DNA of 45,462 nt from Gammaproteobacteria bacterium. Its GTDB lineage: Bacteria; Pseudomonadota; Gammaproteobacteria; Natronospirales; JANNEA01. Positions within the stretch are counted from its first letter, which is position 1; every line of letters starts with the position of its first letter. A program made the translations under genes and the position numbers. The stretch is taken from contig JANNEA010000033.1 in the NCBI GenBank assembly GCA_031388175.1, forward strand, positions 1 to 45,462, written 5' to 3'. Of the stretch, positions 36,245 through 45,268 are shown piece after piece. The notes under the pieces are model-generated. The model had not been told where the DNA came from. It made no database searches and was given only the letters and a program-made list of their open reading frames with translations.

Positions 36245-37156
36245 GTGCGCCCCCGCCTGCGCCCCATCGGAGTTCCCGCATTGACCAAGGACGAACCAGC
36301 ACGCGGCGTGCTCTACGTGCTCGGCGCGGCGGCCGCATTCTCGACCATGAGCGCCCTGATCAAGTCCGCATCGGGCGATCTGTCGACCGAGATGCTGGTA
36401 TTCCTGCGCAACGGGTTCTCGCTGCTGTTCTTGCTGCCGTTCCTGGCGCGGCTGCGCATCGAGGGCTTGCGGACCAAGGTCTTCCACCTGCACTTGCTGC
36501 GCGCGACCTTCGGTGTCACCGGCATCTACCTGTTCGTCTACGCGATCACCCACCTGCCGCTGGCCGAGGCCGTGCTGCTCAACCACACTTCGGCACTGTT
36601 CGTGCCGTTCATCGCATTCCTCTGGCTCGGCGAACGCCTGACCCGGTTGATCGGCACCGCGCTGATCGTCGGCTTCATCGGCATCGCCTTCATCCTCAAG
36701 CCCGGCGGCGACCTGCAGTCGTTCGGCACGCTGGTCGGGCTCGCATCGGGGCTCACCACAGCGTTCGCCGTGGTCACGATCCGGCGCAACGCCCAGACCG
36801 AGCCCTACCAACGCATCGTGTTCTATTTCTTCACCCTGGCCACGCTGGTCTCGGCGGTACCCGCCGCGCTCAACTGGCAGTCACCGTCGCTGCGCCAGTG
36901 GTTGATGCTGGGTGCAGCGGGCTTGTTCGCCACGCTCGGGCAGCTCGGCGCGACCAAGGCCTATTCGCTGGCGCCGGCGACCCGCATCGGGCCCTACACC
37001 TACGTCTCGGTGGTGTTCGCCGCGGCCTGGGGTTGGGCGTTGTGGGGCGAGACGCCGGACCTGCTGTCGATCATGGGCGCGGTGCTGATCGCGATCGGTG
37101 GTGCGCTGGCGCTGCCGCGCAGCGTCATCGCCCCGCGCACGCCACCGGCGACCTAG
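36245..37156 (+). CDS. EamA/DMT-family transporter
   Basis: 10-TM protein with two EamA-like halves ('VLYVLGAAAAFSTMSALIK...', 'LGAAGLFATLGQLGATKAYSLA'). The start is uncertain: GTG at 36245 or TTG at 36281. A TAGAAT -10-like hexamer at 36239-36244 favours the later start. Confidence 0.8.
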   Translation: MRPRLRPIGVPALTKDEPARGVLYVLGAAAAFSTMSALIKSASGDLSTEMLVFLRNGFSLLFLLPFLARLRIEGLRTKVFHLHLLRATFGVTGIYLFVYAITHLPLAEAVLLNHTSALFVPFIAFLWLGERLTRLIGTALIVGFIGIAFILKPGGDLQSFGTLVGLASGLTTAFAVVTIRRNAQTEPYQRIVFYFFTLATLVSAVPAALNWQSPSLRQWLMLGAAGLFATLGQLGATKAYSLAPATRIGPYTYVSVVFAAAWGWALWGETPDLLSIMGAVLIAIGGALALPRSVIAPRTPPAT

Positions 37157-37164
37157 CGCAGCAC

Positions 37165-37761
37165 CTACTTCGAGACGCCCCCCTTCGGGGGCGTCGAAAC
37201 GGCGAGCGCGCGGGCGTCGAACAGATGTTCGCGGTAGTGCTTGAGCTCGACGATCGAATCGTGGATGTCGGCGAGCGCGAGGTGCTTGGATTCCTTGGTC
37301 ACGCTGGCCGCCACCGCCGGTGCCCAACGCCGCGCCAGTTCCTTGAGCGTCGAGACGTCGAGGTTGCGGTAGTGGAAGAAGCGCTCGAGCTGCGGCATCC
37401 AGCGCGCGAGGAAGCGGCGATCCTGGCAGATCGAGTTGCCACACATCGGTGACGCGCCCGCCGGGACCCACTTCGCCAGGAAGTCGATGGTCTGCCGCTC
37501 GGCCTCGGCGTCGTGGATCGCGCTCTCACGCACGCGCCGGGTCAGACCTGAGCCGCCGTGTTGCTTGGTGTTCCACTCGTCCATCGCCGCCAACGCCGCA
37601 TCTGGCTGATGGATCGCGATCATCGGTCCTTCGGCCAGCGGTTCGAGATGCTTGTCGGTCACGACGGTCGCGATCTCGATGATGCGGTCGTGTTGCGGAT
37701 CGAGCCCCGTCATCTCGAGGTCGATCCAGATCAGGTTGTCCGGGTGTGGCTGCAGGCTCAT
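37165..37761 (-). CDS. orn: Oligoribonuclease
   Basis: '[28 protein letters not shown]', '[12 protein letters not shown]' and '[18 protein letters not shown]' are near-identical in pattern to Orn. Start taken at 'MSLQPH'. Confidence 0.93.
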   Translation of the reverse strand: MSLQPHPDNLIWIDLEMTGLDPQHDRIIEIATVVTDKHLEPLAEGPMIAIHQPDAALAAMDEWNTKQHGGSGLTRRVRESAIHDAEAERQTIDFLAKWVPAGASPMCGNSICQDRRFLARWMPQLERFFHYRNLDVSTLKELARRWAPAVAASVTKESKHLALADIHDSIVELKHYREHLFDARALAVSTPPKGGVSK

Positions 37762-37799
37762 GCGTGGCATGATAGCAAAGCAATCCTCGAGCCCCGCGC

Positions 37800-39047
37800 A
37801 TGCACCCCGCCGCCCTCATCTTCCTCGTCGCGCTCCTGCTCGGCACCGCGCTCCGCGTCTGGCTCGCCGCGCGCCAGGTCGCGTTCGTGCGCGCGCATCG
37901 CGCGGTCGTGCCGCAGGCGTTCGCTGGCGCCGTCACCATCGAGGCGCACGCCAAGGCCGCCGACTACACCGTCGCACGCACCCGCTTCGGCATCGTCGTG
38001 CTCGTCGCAAGCACGCTGTTGACGCTCGCCTGGACGCTCGGCGGGGGCTTCGCCGCATTCGACGCTGCGCTGCGCGACTTCGGACTGGGACAGCTCGCCA
38101 CCGGCACGCTGGTGCTCGCCGGACTGGTGCTGATCGGAGAGCTGGTCGAGCTGCCCCTCAGCTGGTGGCAGGCGTTCCGGCTTGAAGCCGCGTTCGGTTT
38201 CAACCGCACCACGCCGGCGCTGTTCGTCCGCGACGCGGTGAAGAGCGCGGTGCTGAGCCTGCTGCTGACCACTGCGTTGGCGGCGACGGCGCTGGCAATG
38301 ATGCGGACCGCGCCGGCCGAGTGGTGGCTGTGGGTCTGGGCGCTGGTGGTCTCGTTCTCGCTCGGCATGACCTTCGCCTACCCGACGCTGATCGCGCCGT
38401 TGTTCAACCACTTCACCCCGCTCGCCGACGATGCCCTGCGCCAGCGCGTGGATGCGCTGCTGCTGCGCTGCGGCTTCACCAGCAAGGGCGTGTCGGTGAT
38501 GGACGCGTCGCAGCGCTCGGCGCACGGCAACGCCTACTTCACCGGCTTCGGCACAGCCAAGCGCATCGTGCTGTTCGACACGCTGCTCGAGCGCCTGCAG
38601 CCCGACGAGGTCGAAGCGGTGCTGGCGCACGAGCTCGGCCACTTCCGCCTCGACCACGTGCGCCGGCGGCTGATCGCCAGCGCTGCCGGCAGCCTGCTCC
38701 TGTTCTGGATCGCAGCGACGCTTGCCACGGATCCCGCCGTGCTCGCGGCGCTGGGCGCCCCGGTCGCCTCCGGTCACGCCACGCTCGCGCTGCTCGCGCT
38801 CGTCGCGCCGCCATTCCTGCTGCCGCTGAAGCCGCTGGCGGCCTGGTGGTCACGCCGCCATGAGTTCGAGGCCGACGACTACGCCCGGAAGATGAGCGAC
38901 GGCAAGGCGTTGGCGCGCGCGCTGGTGGTGCTCTACCGCGAGAACGCGAGCACGCTCACGCCGGACCCGCTGTACTCGGCGTTCCACGATTCACATCCGC
39001 CGCCGGCAAGGCGCCTGGAACGCCTCGCTCAGGAAGCTGCAGCATGA
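37800..39047 (+). CDS. M48-family (Ste24/HtpX-like) membrane zinc metallopeptidase
   Basis: Multi-TM N-terminal half, '[10 protein letters not shown]' (HExxH) and a downstream 'EFEADDYA' third ligand region. 415 aa. Confidence 0.85.
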   Translation: MHPAALIFLVALLLGTALRVWLAARQVAFVRAHRAVVPQAFAGAVTIEAHAKAADYTVARTRFGIVVLVASTLLTLAWTLGGGFAAFDAALRDFGLGQLATGTLVLAGLVLIGELVELPLSWWQAFRLEAAFGFNRTTPALFVRDAVKSAVLSLLLTTALAATALAMMRTAPAEWWLWVWALVVSFSLGMTFAYPTLIAPLFNHFTPLADDALRQRVDALLLRCGFTSKGVSVMDASQRSAHGNAYFTGFGTAKRIVLFDTLLERLQPDEVEAVLAHELGHFRLDHVRRRLIASAAGSLLLFWIAATLATDPAVLAALGAPVASGHATLALLALVAPPFLLPLKPLAAWWSRRHEFEADDYARKMSDGKALARALVVLYRENASTLTPDPLYSAFHDSHPPPARRLERLAQEAAA

Positions 39048-39997
39048 GCCGCGACCGCGACCAGGCGCGTCCGCCACGCGAGCAGAAGCCACTGCGCGAG
39101 GGCCGCGTGATCGTCAACTTCTCGCGCCACGCACTGGTCGAGGAGGCCTCTGGCACACGGCTCGACTGCCAGGTGCGCGGCCGCAACCTGCAAGCGGTGT
39201 GCGGCGATCGCGTGAGGTTCCGCGCGCAGGGTTCGGGCTTCGGCGTGATCGAAGAGGTGCTGCCGCGGCGCTCGGTGCTCAGTCGGCATGACAAGGCCAA
39301 GGCGCTGCCGCCGCTCGCCGCCAACATCGACCGCATGTTCATCGTCAGCGCGCCGCTGCCCACCTTCCAGACGTTCCTGGTGGACAAGTACCTGGTCGCC
39401 GCGCATGCGCTCGGCATCGAGCCCGTGCTGGTGCTGAACAAGTGCGACCTGGTGCCCGCTGACGATCCGTTGCACGAACTGATCGCGGAATACGCTGCGC
39501 TCGGCATCACCACGCTCAGCCTCAGCGCGCAGCGCGGCGACGGCGCCGACGCGTTCCGCGCGATGCTCACCGCCCGCACCAGCATCGTGATCGGCGAGTC
39601 CGGCACCGGCAAATCCTCGCTGGTGCGGCTCGCGGTACCCGACCTCGAGCTCAAGGTCGGTGAGCTCAACCGCGCCACCGGCGAGGGCAAGCACACCACC
39701 ACACGCACCATGCTGTTCCACGTGCCGAGCGGCGGTGAACTAATCGATTCGCCCGGCGTGCGTGACTTCTACCTGTGGCCGATGGCGGTGCGCGAGCTCG
39801 CCGGACACTTCATCGAGTTCCTGCCGTTGGCGGCGGGCTGCAAGTTCGCCGACTGCACGCATCGCAGCGAGCCGATCTGCGCAGTGCGCACGGCGGTGGA
39901 CGAGGACAAGGTGCTGCTGCGCCGCTACGAGGCCTACCTCGGGCTCGCGCGGATCATGGAGAACCAGTTCGTGGGTTGGGCGAAGAAGAAATCCTGA
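39044..39997 (+). CDS. rsgA: Ribosome small-subunit-dependent GTPase A
   Basis: Circularly permuted GTPase order: 'VLNKCDL' (G4) comes before 'GESGTGKSSL' (G1). C-terminal zinc knuckle 'CKFADCTHRSEPICAV'. ATGA overlap with the M48 gene. Confidence 0.92.
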   Translation: MSRDRDQARPPREQKPLREGRVIVNFSRHALVEEASGTRLDCQVRGRNLQAVCGDRVRFRAQGSGFGVIEEVLPRRSVLSRHDKAKALPPLAANIDRMFIVSAPLPTFQTFLVDKYLVAAHALGIEPVLVLNKCDLVPADDPLHELIAEYAALGITTLSLSAQRGDGADAFRAMLTARTSIVIGESGTGKSSLVRLAVPDLELKVGELNRATGEGKHTTTRTMLFHVPSGGELIDSPGVRDFYLWPMAVRELAGHFIEFLPLAAGCKFADCTHRSEPICAVRTAVDEDKVLLRRYEAYLGLARIMENQFVGWAKKKS

Positions 39998-40012
39998 ACC
40001 GTCGTCGACCGC

Positions 40013-40369
40013 TCAGCCCGGCGGCCAATCCAGGCGCCGCCCGCCGAGCAGATGCAGGTGCACGTGGAACACGCTCTGGCCTGCGCCGGCGCCGCAGTTG
40101 ATCGCGACTCGATAACCCGACTCGACCAGGCCAGCGTCCGCTGCGACCTGCTTCGCCGCCAACAGCAGCTCACCCATCAGCGCGGCATCGCCCGCGACCA
40201 GGTCGTTGAGCGTCGCGACGTGGCGCTTGGGGATGATCAGCACGTGGGTCGGCGCCTGCGGGTTGATGTCCTTGAACGCGAGCACCGATGCTGTCTCGAG
40301 CACCACGGCCGGCTTTATCGCGCCGCTGGCGAACTTGCAGAACAGGCAGTCGTCGACAGGCTTGGTCAT
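40013..40369 (-). CDS. HIT-family (HinT-like) nucleotide hydrolase
   Basis: 'CLFCKF' and the histidine triad 'HVHLHLLGG'. 118 aa. Confidence 0.9.
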   Translation of the reverse strand: MTKPVDDCLFCKFASGAIKPAVVLETASVLAFKDINPQAPTHVLIIPKRHVATLNDLVAGDAALMGELLLAAKQVAADAGLVESGYRVAINCGAGAGQSVFHVHLHLLGGRRLDWPPG

Positions 40370-40965
40370 TGCTTAACCTCGCTGCGGCCGGTGAACGCGT
40401 GCGCGATCGTGCCACCGTCCACGAACTCGAGCTCGCCACCCACCGGCACGCCGTGGGCGATGCGCGACGGCGTGACGCCGTGCTCGCGCGCGTGCGTGGC
40501 GAGGTAATGCGCGGTGGCTTCACCCTCGACCGTGGGATTGGTGGCGATGATCAGCTCGTGCACCTCGCCGCGCGCAAGCCGCCGCTCCAGCGCGTCGAGG
40601 CCGAGCTCGACCGGCCCGATGCCGTCGAGCGGCGACAGATGGCCGGTCAGCACGAAGTAGAGGCCGCGGTAGTTGGTGGCCTGCTCGACCGCCACCACGT
40701 CGGCCGGCGATTCGACCGCGCACAGCAGACCGTGGTCGCGGCCGCTGGCGGCACAGATGCCGCAGAGCTCGCCATCGGAGAACATCCGGCACTCGCGGCA
40801 ACGCTGCACCAAGTCGTGCGCGCCGGTGAGCGCGGCTGCCAGGTGCTGCGCGCCCTGCGGGTCGCGATCGAGCAGGTGGAAGGCCATGCGTTGCGCCGAC
40901 TTTCGCCCCACGCCCGGCAGGCAGCGCAGCGCCTCGATCAGGGTCTCGACGTGCTTCGAGAACAT
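40366..40965 (-). CDS. recR: Recombination protein RecR
   Basis: '[24 protein letters not shown]' (HhH), C4 zinc finger '[16 protein letters not shown]' and a Toprim region. 199 aa. Confidence 0.95.
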   Translation of the reverse strand: MFSKHVETLIEALRCLPGVGRKSAQRMAFHLLDRDPQGAQHLAAALTGAHDLVQRCRECRMFSDGELCGICAASGRDHGLLCAVESPADVVAVEQATNYRGLYFVLTGHLSPLDGIGPVELGLDALERRLARGEVHELIIATNPTVEGEATAHYLATHAREHGVTPSRIAHGVPVGGELEFVDGGTIAHAFTGRSEVKQ

Positions 40966-42539
40966 CAGTCGTTCGGACGCACGCTGTCGGGGAGCAGTTG
41001 CGCGCCGAAGGCGTCGCCCATCGCACGCACCACCGGGTCCTGACTGAGCTGGTCGCGGGCCTGGGCGGTGCGCTCGGCCACGCCGCGCGCCGCGGCGGCC
41101 GCGGGCGTCTCGCCGCCCACGGTGCCGAGCTCGATGCGCAGCACGACTGCCTGGCCGAACACGCGACCGAGCGCGTCCTGGATGCGTTCGACCGAACGGT
41201 CGGAGAGCAACTGACGGTGCGCCGGCGCGAGGGTCAGGTCCACGCGTGCACCGTCGCGGCTACGCAGCGCGCAGTTCACCGCGAGCTCGCGGACCAGCCC
41301 CTTCAGCGCCATGCGCTCCACCAGGGTGACCCATTCATCGGGCGAAACGATCGGTGCGGACTTGGAAGAAGGCGCAGGCGTGGCCGCAGTCGCGTTTGCG
41401 CCGCCGCCCGCGCGCAGCGTCGCGCCGCTCGTCGCATCGGCGCCCCCTTGGGGGACGGCGCCCGGCCGGAACGCCAGCATGCGCAGCAGCGCCATCTCGA
41501 AACCGGACCGCGGGTCCGCGGCGAGCGGCAAGTCGCGCCGGCTGGTGATCGCGATCTGGTAGAGCAGCTGGACCTCGGCGGCGTCGAGCTGGGCGGCGAT
41601 CGGCGCGAGCGCAGCGCGGTCATCCCACTCGTTCGCCGCCGCCGGCACCGCCTGCATGATCGCCAGGCGCTGCAGCGTGGTCGCCAACTCACCCAGCACG
41701 CCCTCGTAATCGGGCGCCAGCTCGTCCAGCGCCGCGACGGTGGCCAGCAGGCCCGCCGCATCGGCTGCTGCGAGCAGACGCAGCAGTTCATGGATCCGCT
41801 TGCGGTCGACGGTGCCGAGCATCGCGCGGACCTCGACACCGGTGAGCGTGCCGCCGCCGTGGGCGATGGCCTGGTCGAGCAGCGACAACGCATCGCGCAT
41901 CGAACCATCGGCGGCGCGCGCGATCGCGTCGAGCGCGTCGGCGTCGCTGGTCACCTGCTCTGCCACCAGCACCTTCTTGAGGTAGGCCATGATCGACGGC
42001 TGTGGCAGGCGCTTCAGCCCGAACTGCAGGCAGCGCGACAGCACCGTGACCGGCAGCTTCTGCGGGTCGGTGGTCGCGAGCAGGAACTTGGCGTGCTCAG
42101 GCGGCTCCTCGAGCGTCTTGAGCAGCGCGTTGAACGCGTTCTTCGACAGCATGTGCACCTCGTCGATGAGGTACACCTTGTAGGCGCCGCGCGCCGGCCG
42201 GTACTGCGCGTTCTCGATTAGCTCGCGCACATCGTCCACGCCGGTGTTGCTGGCGGCATCAATCTCGAGCAGGTCGACGAAGCGGCCCTCGTCGATCTCG
42301 GTGCAGGCCGAGCAGACGCCGCAGGGGTCAGAGGTGATGCCCTTCTCGCAGTTCAGGCTCTTGGCCAGGATCCGCGCGATCGTGGTCTTGCCCACGCCGC
42401 GGGTGCCGGTGAAGAGGAACGCGTGGTGCAAGCGCTTGCTGTCGAGCGCGTTGATCAAGGCCCGCTGCACATGTTCCTGCCCGACGAGTTCGGCGAAACG
42501 GCGCGGGCGCCACTTGCGGGCGAGTGCTTGGTAGGTCAT
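40965..42539 (-). CDS. dnaX: DNA polymerase III subunit tau/gamma
   Basis: In-frame ATG '[24 protein letters not shown]'. Walker A 'GTRGVGKTT', zinc module '[10 protein letters not shown]', 'YLIDEVHML' and '[16 protein letters not shown]'. 524 aa. Confidence 0.95.
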   Translation of the reverse strand: MTYQALARKWRPRRFAELVGQEHVQRALINALDSKRLHHAFLFTGTRGVGKTTIARILAKSLNCEKGITSDPCGVCSACTEIDEGRFVDLLEIDAASNTGVDDVRELIENAQYRPARGAYKVYLIDEVHMLSKNAFNALLKTLEEPPEHAKFLLATTDPQKLPVTVLSRCLQFGLKRLPQPSIMAYLKKVLVAEQVTSDADALDAIARAADGSMRDALSLLDQAIAHGGGTLTGVEVRAMLGTVDRKRIHELLRLLAAADAAGLLATVAALDELAPDYEGVLGELATTLQRLAIMQAVPAAANEWDDRAALAPIAAQLDAAEVQLLYQIAITSRRDLPLAADPRSGFEMALLRMLAFRPGAVPQGGADATSGATLRAGGGANATAATPAPSSKSAPIVSPDEWVTLVERMALKGLVRELAVNCALRSRDGARVDLTLAPAHRQLLSDRSVERIQDALGRVFGQAVVLRIELGTVGGETPAAAAARGVAERTAQARDQLSQDPVVRAMGDAFGAQLLPDSVRPND

Positions 42540-42557
42540 CGGGGCCTCAGCATGAGC

Positions 42558-42662
<105 letters not shown>

Positions 42663-42687
42663 CGATGCGGATCACCATTGCATTGAG

Positions 42688-42779
42688 TGGCGGAGAGGGA
42701 GGGATTCGAACCCTCGAAACGCTTTTGGGCGTTTACACACTTTCCAGGCGTGCGCCTTCAACCGCTCGGCCACCTCTCC
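42688..42779 (-). tRNA. tRNA-Ser (anticodon GGA)
   Basis: The minus strand reads GGAGAGGUGGCCGAGCGGUUGAAGGCGCACGCCUGGAAAGUGUGUAAACGCCCAAAAGCGUUUCGAGGGUUCGAAUCCCUCCCUCUCCGCCA. It has a 7-bp acceptor stem, anticodon loop CUGGAAA, long variable arm, GGUUCGAAUCC T-arm and encoded CCA. Confidence 0.95.
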
Positions 42780-42790
42780 GGAGGGCGCGC

Positions 42791-42818
42791 AGTCTACCCG
42801 AGGGCTGCGGCGCGGCAA
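42791..42818 (-). promoter_or_regulatory. Candidate sigma-70 promoter for tRNA-Ser (and possibly ffs/dnaX)
   Basis: On the minus strand: TTGCCG (42818-42813), 16-nt spacer, TAGACT (42796-42791), then the GC-rich discriminator GCGCGCC. The tRNA 5' end lies 11 nt downstream of the -10 element. Confidence 0.5.
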
Positions 42819-42862
42819 AGGAAACGACGCCCGACGCGTGGGGCTCGACCATCGTCGGGACC

Positions 42863-43234
42863 CTAGTCCTCGTCGAACCAAGGCTCCTCGGCGTTCTCCT
42901 CATCCAGTTTGCGCTGGGCCGCGGCCCGCGCCGCCGCGCCAGATTCGTGCGTCTCCTCGTCCGGGGTTTTGACCAGCTGCGGCGGCTTCAGCAAACAGGC
43001 GCCGCCTTGGTACTCCTTGGGCGGTGCGCCACCCGGGATCTTGAACGCGTCACGAGTCACGACCGCGTCAAGCCCTGGCGGGTTCGCGAGCGGCGCGTGG
43101 AGCTCGGCGCCGATGTAGCGCGTCGGATCGTCGCAGTCGATGCTGGAGCAGCCCGCAGCACCAAGCGCAAGCAGGATAAGCAGCGATGCACGCAGCGTGC
43201 TTGGCGCGGGGTTCAGCAGATCATTACGTTCCAA
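42863..43234 (-). CDS. Small lipoprotein (123 aa) in the BamC position downstream of dapA
   Basis: Lipobox 'LLALGAAGC'. The mature part is proline-rich ('AELHAPLANPPGLDAVVTRDAFKIPGGAPP') with an acidic tail 'DEENAEEPWFDED'. It starts 13 nt after the dapA stop. Confidence 0.65.
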   Translation of the reverse strand: MERNDLLNPAPSTLRASLLILLALGAAGCSSIDCDDPTRYIGAELHAPLANPPGLDAVVTRDAFKIPGGAPPKEYQGGACLLKPPQLVKTPDEETHESGAAARAAAQRKLDEENAEEPWFDED

Positions 43235-43247
43235 GCAGGTGCTCCGT

Positions 43248-44123
43248 TCAGGTCAGGCCGGCGGCGCGCATCGCGCTGCGGACGCGCGGATGATACGCGG
43301 CGGCGAGCGGGGTGAGCGGCAATCGGATCCCGGCCGGGATCCTGCCCATCTCGGCCAAGGCCCATTTCACCGGAATCGGGTTCGGTTCGCAGAACAGCTC
43401 GCGATGCAGTCCAGCGAGCGGAGCGTCGAATCCGGCGGCCGCCGCCACATCGCCGGCCAGGGCCGCGGCGCACATGCGGTGCATCGCGGCGGGCACCAGG
43501 TTCGCGGTCACCGAGATCACGCCGCGGGCGCCGGCCAGGATGGCCTCGCGCGCGGTCGCGTCGTCGCCGCTGTAGACCTCGAAGCCGTCACGCGCCGCAC
43601 CCAAGATCGCGCTGACCCGTGCGACCTCGCCAGTGGCTTCCTTGATCCCCACGATCCCGGCAACCCGCGACAGCCTGGCCGCAGTCTCGGGCAGGAGATC
43701 GGCGACCGTGCGGCCAGGGACGTTATAGAGGATGACCGGCAACCCGCCCTCGGCGGCGACCGCGCTGAAATGCTGGAACATCCCGTCCTGGGTCGGCCGG
43801 TTGTAATAAGGCACCACGACCAGTGCTGCATCTGCGCCGGCGGCGGCGGCGGCACGGGTCGCCGCTACGGTGTGCCGTGTGGCGTTCGAACCGGTGCCGA
43901 CGATCACGGGGACGCGCTGCCGGACCACGCGGATCGTCTCGCGGACGACGCTGAGCTGTTCGGCGGGTTCCAGGGTCGGCGCCTCGCCGGTGGTGCCAAC
44001 CACGACCAGCGCGTCGGTGCCCTCGGCCAGGTGCCACTCGACCAACGCCGCCAGCGCGGCGAGGTCGACCGAGCCGTCAGTCGCCATCGGCGTGACGAGC
44101 GCAACCATGCTGCCGTTGAACAT
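43248..44123 (-). CDS. dapA: 4-hydroxy-tetrahydrodipicolinate synthase
   Basis: 'GSMVALVTPM', 'VVVGTTGEAPTL', 'VPYYNRPTQ' and the Schiff-base Lys region 'IVGIKEATG'. 291 aa. Confidence 0.95.
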   Translation of the reverse strand: MFNGSMVALVTPMATDGSVDLAALAALVEWHLAEGTDALVVVGTTGEAPTLEPAEQLSVVRETIRVVRQRVPVIVGTGSNATRHTVAATRAAAAAGADAALVVVPYYNRPTQDGMFQHFSAVAAEGGLPVILYNVPGRTVADLLPETAARLSRVAGIVGIKEATGEVARVSAILGAARDGFEVYSGDDATAREAILAGARGVISVTANLVPAAMHRMCAAALAGDVAAAAGFDAPLAGLHRELFCEPNPIPVKWALAEMGRIPAGIRLPLTPLAAAYHPRVRSAMRAAGLT

Positions 44124-44201
44124 AGGGGGCGTAGGTTACCGGCCCGGCTGCGGCCCCTCAAGGTTCCGCCTATCGGCCTGAGCGGCTACACTCGCCCCCA
44201 G

Positions 44202-44732
44202 ATGAAGCAACTGCTCGTCGTATCCGCCATCGGCGAGAACCGCCCGGACACCCTCCTCGCCTTCTCGAAGTCCGTGAGCGACTGCGGCTGCAGCATCGCC
44301 GAGAGCCGCATGCACCTGCTCGGCACCGACTTCGCGCTGCAGGCGCTGATCACCGGTGCCTGGAACATGGTCGCCAAGTTCGAGACCACGCTGCCCCGCA
44401 TGGAGAAGGATCTCGGGCTCAAGATCAGCGCGCATCGCACCCAGGAACGCCCGGCGCGCGACGAACTCGTGCCCTACTCAGTGGATGTGGTCTGCGCCGA
44501 CCAGCCTGGCATCGTGTTCAACCTCACCGACTTCTTCAGCAGCCGCTCGATCGGCATCGAGGAAGTGCAGACCCACACCTACCTCGCGGTGCATACCGGC
44601 GCACCGATGTTCTCGCTGTACATGGCGCTGAGCGTACCGGGCAGCATCCACATCCCGATGCTGCGCGAGGAGTTCCTCGATTTCTGCGATCACCTGAACC
44701 TGGACGCGATACTGGAACCCATAAAAGGTTGA
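44202..44732 (+). CDS. gcvR: Glycine cleavage system transcriptional repressor (tandem ACT domains)
   Basis: In-frame ATG 'MKQLLVVSAIGENRPDTLLAFSKSVSDCGCSIAESRM' and a second ACT half 'VDVVCADQPGIVFNLTDFF'. It shows the classic gammaproteobacterial arrangement: divergent from dapA and followed by bcp. Confidence 0.85.
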   Translation: MKQLLVVSAIGENRPDTLLAFSKSVSDCGCSIAESRMHLLGTDFALQALITGAWNMVAKFETTLPRMEKDLGLKISAHRTQERPARDELVPYSVDVVCADQPGIVFNLTDFFSSRSIGIEEVQTHTYLAVHTGAPMFSLYMALSVPGSIHIPMLREEFLDFCDHLNLDAILEPIKG

Positions 44733-44752
44733 TAGATGGGTATGAGGACTCG

Positions 44753-45268
44753 ATGAGCAAACCGAAGGTCGGCCTGAAGATCGCGCACCGCTCCCTCCCG
44801 CCCACGCCCACGGGCAAGTCACTCGTCCTTTACTTCTATCCCAAGGACCTGACCTCCGGCTGCACCGCCGAGGGCCTCGATTTCAAGGCGCTGCACGCTC
44901 GCTTCGCTCGCGCCGGCGCCGTGGTCCGCGGTGTATCGCGCGACTCTGCCGCCTCGCACGCGAAGTTCCGCAGCAAGCACGGCTTCCCGTTCGAGCTCAT
45001 CGCCGACGAGGATTCCGCGCTCTGCGATCACTTCGACGTGATCAAACAGAAGTCGTTGTACGGCAGGAAATACCTGGGCATCGAGCGCAGCACCTTCCTG
45101 ATCGATTCACAGGGCAGGCTCGCCCGCGAGTGGCGCAAGCTGAAGGTCGCCGGCCATGCCACCGAGGTCCTTGAGGCGGTGCGCGCACTCGGCGCCGCGC
45201 CGACGGCGAAGTCGATAGCGAAGTCCAAAAGCACAGCCGCGGCCAAGCGCCGCCGGAGCGCACGATGA
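44753..45268 (+). CDS. bcp: Peroxiredoxin Bcp (thiol peroxidase, AhpC/TSA family) with a basic C-terminal tail
   Basis: In-frame ATG 'MSKPKVGLK'. Peroxidatic Cys motif 'YFYPKDLTSGCTAE', 'VRGVSRDS' and 'RSTFLID'. Confidence 0.9.
   Translation: MSKPKVGLKIAHRSLPPTPTGKSLVLYFYPKDLTSGCTAEGLDFKALHARFARAGAVVRGVSRDSAASHAKFRSKHGFPFELIADEDSALCDHFDVIKQKSLYGRKYLGIERSTFLIDSQGRLAREWRKLKVAGHATEVLEAVRALGAAPTAKSIAKSKSTAAAKRRRSAR

Noticed and set aside
40965-42539. A programmed -1 frameshift or slippage site in dnaX producing the gamma subunit.
   Set aside because: No A-AAA-AAG heptamer or long A-run (T-run on the plus strand) is visible in the gene.
43140-44201. The 530-aa plus-strand ORF extending far upstream of gcvR.
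   Set aside because: The first 354 codons are antisense to dapA and lack motifs. Only the last 176 aa (from ATG 44202) form the tandem-ACT GcvR.
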